Below, piece after piece: positions 21,947 to 30,013 of a DNA stretch of 32,493 nt. Under the pieces are notes generated by a model that saw only the letters and a program-made list of their open reading frames with translations, did not search any database and was not told the DNA's origin. Position 1 is the first letter of the stretch. Each line of letters opens with the position of its first letter. The position numbers and the translations under genes are program-made. The stretch comes from Anaerolineae bacterium (lineage in GTDB: Bacteria > Chloroflexota > Anaerolineae > UBA4142), in the NCBI GenBank assembly GCA_026417715.1, contig JAOACU010000003.1, forward strand, positions 1 to 32,493. The letters are read 5' to 3'.

Positions 21947-24900
21947 ATGATGTACGACCATCCTGCGCCGTTCGTACGATTGAACGGCTTTGTGCCCACC
22001 TCTGCTGCACTCCGCGTACTTGCCGAATCGGTGGCGCGTCAATTCCTGATAGTGCCCCTGTGGCTGGAGCATACAACGCTTGTGGTGGCTTCGGCGCACG
22101 GTTTGGACAACGCCACGCTTCACACGCTTACCACAATCGTACGGCGTCCCCTGCGTGTGCTGCGCGCCACATATCCCGATGTGCGCGCCGCACTCGAGCG
22201 TTTTTATCGCGGCACAAGTCCGCGTCCATCCACGCCTTCACTTGAGCAAGCCCTGCTCCATCTTGGCTATCTCAACGCAGAGACTGTGGAGCAAGCACGC
22301 GCAGCATCGGCGAACCTTTCGCTTGCCCAAACCTGTCTGCAATCAGACTTGCTCACCGAAGACGAATTGATCGAAGCGCAAGGGTGGCAGTTCAACTTGC
22401 CACCTTTGCGTCTGCGCGGTTTGAGCACCCAGACATGTCTTGCGCCACTCATTCCTCTGGACATTGCACGCACGCAAAAAATTGTTCCGCTATGGTGGAT
22501 TCAAAACACCTTGATTGCTGGCATCACTGCGCCGAACGATGTGTCCGCACGCGTGGAACAATTTCCTTTTCCCTTGTGGCTCGCTGTATGTTCACCTACC
22601 GAGTGGAATCATCTTTACGAACGCACTTATCTCACTGGTTCCACGCGAGTCGGAGATGACGAGTCAGCAGTCGTCGAAGTGCTGTTACGCTACGGCTTGC
22701 TCGACTCCACGACGCTACATCTTGCGCGCGCGATCGCGCAGCAAACTCGGCGTCCTTTGCGCGAGGTGCTCATCTCGCGCGGTGTTTTGACCGCCCAACA
22801 ATGGCTAGAAGCGCGCGCCCATCATTGGGGCATACGCGCGGGTTACACCCCCACGCGTCGCAATGGCGATTCTGCACAACTCGCCGATCTTGTACCCGCT
22901 GCGCTGGCGCGCCAATGTGCCATCGTTCCACTTGAATACGATGCCAAGCGCGCGACACTTGTCGTTGGAATGCCGCACCCCAACGACGATGTATCCCGCC
23001 TCCTCGAAAACCTGACGCATCTACACATCGAGGCGCGCCTGCTCGATGAAGACACTGTGCACGCCGAGATGCAAAATCTGTATGGTGATGACACACCCCA
23101 GTTACCGTTGGCACCTTCTCTTGGCGATCTGTTGACAGGGCTAGGCATCGTCACACCGACCCAATGGCAACAAGCCGAAGCATCTCCCAAGCGTTTGATT
23201 GAATTGGGTTATCTCGACGAGTTCGACCTCACCACGATTCGCGCGTTGCAAACGGGCTTGCCCGCCACGCGTCTCACGCGCGCGCGTTTCGATGCTAATC
23301 TTGTGACGCGTGTTTCACCCGAACTCGCACAACGTCACCATTGCCTTCCTTGGATCATTCAAGATGGCACCGTTTGGGCAGTCATTGCCGATCCGTTCGA
23401 CACCGTCGGGTTGCAAATGCTCGAAGCCGCACTGGGTTCACCCGTGTATCCGATTCTTGCTCCGCGCCCGGCGATTGACGCGGTGATCGAACGCTTTTTT
23501 GGTGTGTCCACTCTGCGTTTGGATGACGCGACCCATTCCTTCATCGAGGCGATGATTCAGCGCGGTGTGCTCACGCATACCAGCGCGGCACGCGCGCGGC
23601 AACTCGTCGAACAAGGTGTGGCACTCGACCAAGCCATCTTGCAAGTCAGCACTCGATCAGCGCGCGATCTCACACGCACGTTCGCCGAGCATCTTGGCAT
23701 TGCTTGGGTGGATTTGCAATTGCGCGAAGAAACCACGCGCGTTTTCGATGCACTTGGACAATCCATCACGCGACGCCAAGCACACGACCCGGTGGACGCA
23801 ACCGTAGCGCGGCTGATAGATTTGGAAACGGCACGTCGCTTGAGCGCGCTGCCGATTGCGCGCACCGATGGCGCGCTCTTGGTCGCCTTTGCCAACCCGT
23901 TGTTCGACTCGGCGCGTCGTGAAATTGAATCTCTGCTCAAGACGCCCGTGCGTCCTGTCCTCGCGGCGCGTTCCGATTTGGACGAAGCCATTCAACGCGT
24001 GTTGGGTCATCAAAACATCGGCACGCGTCTCTTGCTGGCGGGTCTCATTTCGCGCGTGCAACTCAACGATGCTCTGGAATTGGCGCAACGGACTGGAGTG
24101 CGCTTGGGACGCGCGTTGATCACGCGAGGATACATTACACCAGAACAACTGGCGCAATTCCTTGCCGAGCAAGCCCATCTGCCGTTTTTCGATTTGCGTT
24201 CGGTCAAACTCGATGTCACTATGGCTCGTTGGATTGACGAAGCCACCGAGCGCGCGCTAGGCATTTTGCCGCTGGCACTCCACCAAGACGAATTGACGCT
24301 CGCGATGGTGGATCCGTTGAACGAAGAAGCCGTGCGTGTTGCCGCGCGCGTCACGGGCTATACGATTCGCCCCGTGTTGGTAAGCGAACAGGACTTGGAA
24401 GACGCGCTCGAACGCATCTACGGGAGCGAGTACTTGGGGCGCAGTGTGTCGGAACTGCTCGAACGCGCGCCAGAAGATTCGGCGTACTGGGTGTTGAGTC
24501 GCGGGCAAAAGATTGCCTTCGCGCTCATCGCGCTCGTCTCCGCGTTGTGGCTCATCACCGATTGGCGTGGGTACATCATTCTCCTCAACGCGTTTGCCAC
24601 CACATTCTACTTGGGTTTCTCGGCGTACAAATTTTATCTGGCGTATCGCGCCATCACGCATGAACTCGAAGTGCCTGTCTCGGATGAAGAAGTCGCCGCG
24701 CTCGATGCGCGCGACTTGCCTGTGTACACGATTCTCGTACCCGTGTACAAAGAAGCCGATGTGTTGCCCGATTTGTTGGAAGCGATCAGTAAACTCGACT
24801 ATCCACCAACGAAACTCGATGTCAAAGTGTTGATGGAAGCCGACGATACCGAGACGATTCAGGCGTTCGAGCGGATGAAGATGCCCGCACAGTTTCAGGG

Positions 24901-25870
24901 GATTGTGGTGCCAGTAGCACCGCCGCGCACCAAACCCAAGGCGTGCAACTATGGGCTGATTCACGCGCGCGGCGAATACGTTGTCATCTACGATGCCGAA
25001 GACTTGCCCGATCCCGATCAACTCAAGCGCGTTCTAGTCGCGTTCCGCAAATCGCCACCGAACGTGGTGTGCATCCAATCGAAACTGAATTACTACAATC
25101 GCAACCAAAACTTGTTGACCGCGTGGTTCACCGTCGAGTATTCGATGTGGTTCGACTTGTTCTTGCCGGGTTTGGATGCCAGCGGCGCACCGATTCCGCT
25201 CGGTGGCACCTCGAATCACTTTAAGCGCAGCGCGCTCATCGAAGCCGGCGCGTGGGACCCCTACAACGTGACCGAAGACGCGGACTTGGGAGTACGCATC
25301 TTCAAGCGTGGCTATCGCACTGCCATCGTAGATAGCACGACGTACGAAGAAGCCAACAGTGAAATTTACAACTGGATTCGTCAGCGTTCGCGTTGGATCA
25401 AGGGATACATTCAAACCTGGTTGGTGCATATGCGCCATCCACTTAAACTGTATCGTGAATTGGGATTCACGGCGTTCTGGAGTTTTCAGTTCGTCGTAGG
25501 CGGCACGTTCTTCGCCGCGCTCTTGAATCCGATTTACTGGTTCTTGACGACGTTGTGGTTTCTCACGCATTGGGAACTGATCCAAATCGTCTTTCCTGGC
25601 ATTGTGTTTTATTCGGGCGCATTGTGTTTGTACTTGGGTAACTTTGCCTTCACGTACTTGAACGTGGCGGGCGCAATGCGACGCGGCTATTACGATATGG
25701 TGAAATATGCGTTACTCAGTCCCTTGTATTGGGGCTTGATGAGCGTGGGCGCGTGGAAGGGCTTGTGGCAACTGGTGACCAAACCGTACTTTTGGGAAAA
25801 GACCAAGCACGGTTTGTTCCAGGGCGAACCCAGCACCGAGCGCGCTAACAAGTTGCGAGATTTGGTGTGA
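21947..25870 (+). CDS. Multi-(T2SSE_N/MshEN-like) domain protein fused to a membrane-embedded processive family-2 glycosyltransferase (cellulose/chitin/PNAG-synthase-like)
   Basis: About six N-terminal repeats have the GspE-N pattern (..a..l.vlPl....g.l.va..dP.d.......l.......v.pvla....l..al.r.yg). The last repeat is preceded by a perfect MshEN-type 24-aa motif, RLGRALITRGYITPEQLAQFLAEQ (nt 24101-24172). After the TM helices come the GT2 motifs VPVYKE, YDAED (DxD, nt 24992-25003), TED and QRSRW (nt 25382-25396), then C-terminal TM helices. No PilZ domain is visible. The start is uncertain (GTG 21944, ATG 21947 or ATG 21950). Confidence 0.85.
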   Translation: MMYDHPAPFVRLNGFVPTSAALRVLAESVARQFLIVPLWLEHTTLVVASAHGLDNATLHTLTTIVRRPLRVLRATYPDVRAALERFYRGTSPRPSTPSLEQALLHLGYLNAETVEQARAASANLSLAQTCLQSDLLTEDELIEAQGWQFNLPPLRLRGLSTQTCLAPLIPLDIARTQKIVPLWWIQNTLIAGITAPNDVSARVEQFPFPLWLAVCSPTEWNHLYERTYLTGSTRVGDDESAVVEVLLRYGLLDSTTLHLARAIAQQTRRPLREVLISRGVLTAQQWLEARAHHWGIRAGYTPTRRNGDSAQLADLVPAALARQCAIVPLEYDAKRATLVVGMPHPNDDVSRLLENLTHLHIEARLLDEDTVHAEMQNLYGDDTPQLPLAPSLGDLLTGLGIVTPTQWQQAEASPKRLIELGYLDEFDLTTIRALQTGLPATRLTRARFDANLVTRVSPELAQRHHCLPWIIQDGTVWAVIADPFDTVGLQMLEAALGSPVYPILAPRPAIDAVIERFFGVSTLRLDDATHSFIEAMIQRGVLTHTSAARARQLVEQGVALDQAILQVSTRSARDLTRTFAEHLGIAWVDLQLREETTRVFDALGQSITRRQAHDPVDATVARLIDLETARRLSALPIARTDGALLVAFANPLFDSARREIESLLKTPVRPVLAARSDLDEAIQRVLGHQNIGTRLLLAGLISRVQLNDALELAQRTGVRLGRALITRGYITPEQLAQFLAEQAHLPFFDLRSVKLDVTMARWIDEATERALGILPLALHQDELTLAMVDPLNEEAVRVAARVTGYTIRPVLVSEQDLEDALERIYGSEYLGRSVSELLERAPEDSAYWVLSRGQKIAFALIALVSALWLITDWRGYIILLNAFATTFYLGFSAYKFYLAYRAITHELEVPVSDEEVAALDARDLPVYTILVPVYKEADVLPDLLEAISKLDYPPTKLDVKVLMEADDTETIQAFERMKMPAQFQGIVVPVAPPRTKPKACNYGLIHARGEYVVIYDAEDLPDPDQLKRVLVAFRKSPPNVVCIQSKLNYYNRNQNLLTAWFTVEYSMWFDLFLPGLDASGAPIPLGGTSNHFKRSALIEAGAWDPYNVTEDADLGVRIFKRGYRTAIVDSTTYEEANSEIYNWIRQRSRWIKGYIQTWLVHMRHPLKLYRELGFTAFWSFQFVVGGTFFAALLNPIYWFLTTLWFLTHWELIQIVFPGIVFYSGALCLYLGNFAFTYLNVAGAMRRGYYDMVKYALLSPLYWGLMSVGAWKGLWQLVTKPYFWEKTKHGLFQGEPSTERANKLRDLV

Positions 25871-27510
25871 GACGCACAACGCTGAACGAAGGTCCTCCGC
25901 CAGCGCCGATTGCCAAGCCAACACTAGGACGCTACGAGGGATGGATCATTTTCGCGCTGGCGTGCACGTTGAACTTGATAACAGCGTGGTGGTTGGCGTA
26001 CGTGTGGTCTGTAGGCAACAGTGATGCCTTGTCACGCACGGCAAACGCGTTCTATGTCCTCTTCTCGCGCGATCCACACCTCGCAGCAATCGGCTTTGTG
26101 TGGCCCCCCCTACCCAGTTTGATGCAACTGCCGATTTTGCTCTTCACACGTTGGCTTGGTCAGCCCCAGTTTAGCGGTCCGATTCTATCCAGCGTGTCTG
26201 GTGCCGTCGCGCTAGTCATTCTCAATCTAATCCTTGCTCAACTGAATGTATCTCGCGCGTTGCGTTGGGGCTTGCTGGTGCTCACCCAACTCCATCCAAG
26301 TTTCTGGTACCTTGCCGCTAGCGGTCTGGCTGAAATCATCTTGCTATGTTGTCTGCTCTTGACCATCTGGGGATACTTGCTGATGCCTGAACGCGTACGT
26401 TCGTGGGCGATTGCAGGATTGGGCTTGGCATTAGGATTCTTTGTACGCTATGAAGCCCTAGCAATGATCGCGGGTATCGTGTTAGCGATTGCGATACAAC
26501 GCTGGCCCCCCTGGCGCAATTGGGAAACCGCGCTGGAAGGACGTTTGTTGTTCGTGCTATCACCGCCGGCTTATGCTATCGGACTATGGTTGTATTTTAA
26601 CTGGATGTTTACGAGCGATCCGCTCTTCTTCCAGCGCAGTGCGTATAGTCTGGCAGTGGCCCCTGATGTGGCGCGCAACGTGGGCTTGGCACATCCCTTG
26701 TTTGCCGCGATGGGCAATTGGATCAAGACGGGCGAATACGCGCTCACGCGCTTGGCACAACAAAACTTGGCATTTCTTGTCGCGATGCCGGTGATTCTTG
26801 GGCTTGCCCTTCGACGAAGCAAAATGCCATTGCTCGGTTTGTTGGTGTTGCTAGCGAGCGTGCCCTTGTTTACGGCTTATCAGGTGTATTCGGGTACGCT
26901 AGCCACGTGGATGCGGTACTGGTTTTACGCCACACCGTTTGCCGCGATACTCATCGGAGCGTGGCATGGCGCGAGCACAGGAACACGTCGTTGGGTGGTC
27001 ACGCTCGGACTTTTCGGCCTATTCGTTGCCAGCACACCTGTGACTTTGCTCGCGATGCGTGATCCGTACGCCAGTTTGGATGAGCAACGCTTGAGCGCGT
27101 ATCTGACGGATTCCGCGCAACAAATCAAATTGCGTGAACAAGATGGCTATTGGAAAGACATTCAGGACGCGCATAAACTAGCGCGTCGCGTGTATGAACG
27201 CGCGGGCGAACGTCGAGTGATGGTGGATACTGCGCGCGGCTATGCGATGATTATGCAGTATCCTCAACCAGAACGACTGGTCATCACTACGGATCGCGAC
27301 TTTGTGACAATCTTGGAAAATCCACCAGCGTTTGTAGATTATGTGCTGGTGCTCGCGCCCGAGACGAGTGGCGCCGGCTTTAATGTCATCGCTGCGCGTT
27401 ATCCTCACTTGTTCGAGAACGGGACACCTTGGGCAAAGTTAGAGGAAGATTTCACCGATACCTATCGTCACTGGCGTTTGTTTCGTGTAACGCGTCTATC
27501 TTCACAGTGA
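25867..27510 (+). CDS. Polytopic membrane protein, GT-C fold (ArnT/PMT_2-like) glycosyltransferase candidate, paralog 1
   Basis: The GTG start overlaps the synthase stop (GTGA). There are about 11-12 TM helices. The first loop, ..GNSDALSRTANAFYVLFSRDPHLAAIGFVWPPLPSLMQLP.., resembles the Asp-containing first periplasmic loop of the ArnT/PMT_2 family. A C-terminal soluble domain of about 130 aa follows. Confidence 0.55.
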   Translation: MRRTTLNEGPPPAPIAKPTLGRYEGWIIFALACTLNLITAWWLAYVWSVGNSDALSRTANAFYVLFSRDPHLAAIGFVWPPLPSLMQLPILLFTRWLGQPQFSGPILSSVSGAVALVILNLILAQLNVSRALRWGLLVLTQLHPSFWYLAASGLAEIILLCCLLLTIWGYLLMPERVRSWAIAGLGLALGFFVRYEALAMIAGIVLAIAIQRWPPWRNWETALEGRLLFVLSPPAYAIGLWLYFNWMFTSDPLFFQRSAYSLAVAPDVARNVGLAHPLFAAMGNWIKTGEYALTRLAQQNLAFLVAMPVILGLALRRSKMPLLGLLVLLASVPLFTAYQVYSGTLATWMRYWFYATPFAAILIGAWHGASTGTRRWVVTLGLFGLFVASTPVTLLAMRDPYASLDEQRLSAYLTDSAQQIKLREQDGYWKDIQDAHKLARRVYERAGERRVMVDTARGYAMIMQYPQPERLVITTDRDFVTILENPPAFVDYVLVLAPETSGAGFNVIAARYPHLFENGTPWAKLEEDFTDTYRHWRLFRVTRLSSQ

Positions 27511-27511
27511 T

Positions 27512-29098
27512 ATGCTGCCTAGAAAATTTTTCTCCGCATCACGTTTCATCTTCTTCTCCACTTTTATCCTCTACGCCGCGCTGGGCTGGATAGGCGCGTT
27601 TGTGTTGCAAACGTACAACTACGACGGGATTGCGCGCATCGCTCAAGCATTCAGCGTGTTCTCTAGTCGCGACCCGCATCTTGCCGCGATTGGCTTTGTA
27701 TGGATGCCGCTCCCAGTCCTCTCCGACTTGCCGCTGGTGTGGTTGCTCAAACCCTTCGGTTTGGTGCTGTGGGCGGGACCGCTAATGAGCGCGTTCTACA
27801 CCGCGCTCGCACTTGCCGCGCTGTACGATTTGTTGGGAGATTTTGAATTACCGCGCGTCTGGCGCGTGGTGTGGGTGCTGGGACTAGGTGCGCATCCACT
27901 CATTGTGCACAACGGCACAATGGGACTTTCCGAAGCACCGCTACTCGCGTGTTTGTTTCTGGCGTTGCGCGGCTTTATCGCCTGGGATCGCGAGAACAAG
28001 AGTTGGGGAATCCTGTGGGGAGGCATTTGGAGTGCGCTGGCAGTCTTTTGTCGCTATGAAGCGATGGCGTGGGTGGGCGTGACGACGCTCGCGCTGGTTT
28101 GGCGCTGGTGGCTCGATCCGTCGCGACATCAAGCGCGCGCGCTCCAAGCCAACATTCTGGCATACACGATGCCACCACTCTACGCGCTCGGTGGTTGGGT
28201 GTTGGTCAACTGGTTGATTATGAAAAATCCGATTTACTTTCTCGTTGGACCCGGTTCCACTGCCACAACGCCCGACACCGCTCAAGCCGTAGGACCAAGC
28301 CATCCGTTTGCGTACGCGCAAAATTCCGTGAGCGGTTCGGCTCTGTTGTTGTCGCGACAAATCGCTGACCTATCTCCTTTGCTGGCGTTGGCGACGTTAC
28401 TGCTGATCGTTCTCGTACTGTGGAAAAAAGCGTGGGGCGACCTGAGTTACCTTGCACTCGGTTGGTCTATTCTGGGTTTCACATTTTTTACTGCGTGGCG
28501 CGGCTTGTTGCCACCGTTCACCCGTTATTTCTTCTGGATTGTGCCTGCCGGCGTCATCATTGCCGCGACGGCGTATCGTTGCGCGCACAAGCGCTGGACG
28601 CGCGCCCTGACCCTTGCGCTAATGACCGTCGCGCTCTGGGCGCCGTTCACGTGGCTGATTCCACGCGCACTCGAACGTTTGCCCGATCCATATCCGTTAC
28701 GCATCGTTGGCGCGTTCTTGTTACCCCCCGAAGTGACTGACCATCGTCAGGTGCGCGGACAATTGGACGAATTCAAGATGATTGCGGCGTATCTCAATGC
28801 GCAACATCCGCCGCGCACGACACTCCTTGATGCGGCAATCGGTTCACCCTTGCTGTTTTTCCTCACCCGACCTGAAACGCTGGTGTTAACGACTGATCGC
28901 GATTTCAAACAAATTCTATCCTCACCGATTGGGCGAGTGGATCAGATACTCGTGCCTTACCCCAGTTTCGACGCGCGAGGACGTTCGGAAATTCTCAAAC
29001 TCTATCCCGCCATTTACGACGGGCAGGCGTGGACGCAGTTGGTGCACGAGTTTCCTGGACCCAACGCCTGGCGTCTGTACCGCATCGTATCACCCTAA
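27512..29098 (+). CDS. Polytopic membrane protein, GT-C fold (ArnT/PMT_2-like) glycosyltransferase candidate, paralog 2
   Basis: It starts 1 nt after the upstream stop. It shares ..YDGIARIAQAFSVFSSRDPHLAAIGFVWMPLPVLSDLP.., ..FCRYEAMAW.. and the C-terminal ..LVLTTDRDF..IL..P....D.ILV.. blocks with paralog 1. Confidence 0.55.
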   Translation: MLPRKFFSASRFIFFSTFILYAALGWIGAFVLQTYNYDGIARIAQAFSVFSSRDPHLAAIGFVWMPLPVLSDLPLVWLLKPFGLVLWAGPLMSAFYTALALAALYDLLGDFELPRVWRVVWVLGLGAHPLIVHNGTMGLSEAPLLACLFLALRGFIAWDRENKSWGILWGGIWSALAVFCRYEAMAWVGVTTLALVWRWWLDPSRHQARALQANILAYTMPPLYALGGWVLVNWLIMKNPIYFLVGPGSTATTPDTAQAVGPSHPFAYAQNSVSGSALLLSRQIADLSPLLALATLLLIVLVLWKKAWGDLSYLALGWSILGFTFFTAWRGLLPPFTRYFFWIVPAGVIIAATAYRCAHKRWTRALTLALMTVALWAPFTWLIPRALERLPDPYPLRIVGAFLLPPEVTDHRQVRGQLDEFKMIAAYLNAQHPPRTTLLDAAIGSPLLFFLTRPETLVLTTDRDFKQILSSPIGRVDQILVPYPSFDARGRSEILKLYPAIYDGQAWTQLVHEFPGPNAWRLYRIVSP

Positions 29099-29103
29099 AA
29101 TTT

Positions 29104-29133
29104 AACAGCGGACGAGGTACCTCGTCCGCTGTT
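29104..29133. terminator. Bidirectional intrinsic terminator candidate
   Basis: A perfect 30-nt palindrome, aacagcggacgaggt/acctcgtccgctgtt, would give a ~13-bp stem. It is flanked by aaaattt on the left and gagttttatcttgtt on the right. It sits between convergent gene blocks. Confidence 0.75.
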
Positions 29134-29151
29134 GAGTTTTATCTTGTTCAG

Positions 29152-29180
29152 ACCTCACAGGTCTCGGAGACCTGTGAGGT
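29152..29180. repeat. Perfect palindrome ACCTCACAGGTCTC-g-GAGACCTGTGAGGT (family G)
   Basis: Two 14-nt arms are perfectly complementary, with a nested palindrome gacctcacaggtc. It lies between the terminator and the 3' end of the MBL hydrolase gene. Confidence 0.7.
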
Positions 29181-29206
29181 TTAGAAACCTCTTTCTCCAA
29201 GAGCGT

Positions 29207-29968
29207 TTAGAACCTGAGCCGCATCAGGTCTTTACCCACAATGACGGTGCCGGTGAACGTACTCTGCGCGGCGGTACGCCACGCGCGCACATCGCATTCA
29301 GGGGGCAAATGAACCAACACCAACTTTTTCACATCGGCGCGCGTGGCTTGTTCGCCGGCTTGGCGCGCGCTGGTATGTCCATTACTATCGGTATCGAGTG
29401 TTGTTGCTTCGTGAACCAGAATGTACGAACCGCGCGCCAGATTCACCACATCGTCCAATACTTCGGTATCGCTCGAATACGTGATCGCGCGGCGCGAAGC
29501 ACGCGCTTCGATGCGTACTGCAATTGTCGGGATGATGTGACGCGTGGGAGCGGAAGAGACCGAAAATTCGGCAGTGACCAAATGCGCATTGTGGTATCGT
29601 TGGGGAACACGGTGGAATTCAATCGGAAAAAAGTTTTTAAATCGTTCCCACTCGAACGCACGCATCAACGCGCGCGTGGCGCGCAGTGTGTCGGCTAGTC
29701 CATAGATGGACAGTGGCTTTTTTCTGCCTGCCAACCACATACCCAATAGAAGAACCGAGAGCCCGTAGATGTGATCGGGATGATGATGGGTGAGGATGAT
29801 GTGATCAATTTGATCGAGCGCGACGCCGGCTTTGAGCAAACGTTGTACGGGACTGCCCGCGCAATCAATTAGAATGGCTTCGCGCTCGCCCTTGACGACC
29901 AAATAGGTATGCTCGCGCGTGGCGTCGCTGAGTGCAGCACCTGTGCCTAGCAAAATGAGTTGAGCCAT
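29207..29968 (-). CDS. MBL-fold metallo-hydrolase (RNase Z/BN-like)
   Basis: The N-terminus is LILLGTGAA. The metal-binding motif is ILTHHHPDHIYG (HxHxDH). Later blocks include ..LVHEAT.. and ..GHTSARQAG... Confidence 0.75.
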   Translation of the reverse strand: MAQLILLGTGAALSDATREHTYLVVKGEREAILIDCAGSPVQRLLKAGVALDQIDHIILTHHHPDHIYGLSVLLLGMWLAGRKKPLSIYGLADTLRATRALMRAFEWERFKNFFPIEFHRVPQRYHNAHLVTAEFSVSSAPTRHIIPTIAVRIEARASRRAITYSSDTEVLDDVVNLARGSYILVHEATTLDTDSNGHTSARQAGEQATRADVKKLVLVHLPPECDVRAWRTAAQSTFTGTVIVGKDLMRLRF

Positions 29969-30013
29969 CGTATCTCCTGTGAGAACGCGACTTGTGTGCG
30001 CGGTCGCCAGTTC

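Noticed and set aside
25400-25870. A search for a C-terminal PilZ domain (RxxxR ... D/NxSxxG) on the GT2 synthase, as in BcsA.
   Set aside because: The protein ends about 35 aa after the last TM helix, and no PilZ-like motifs are visible.
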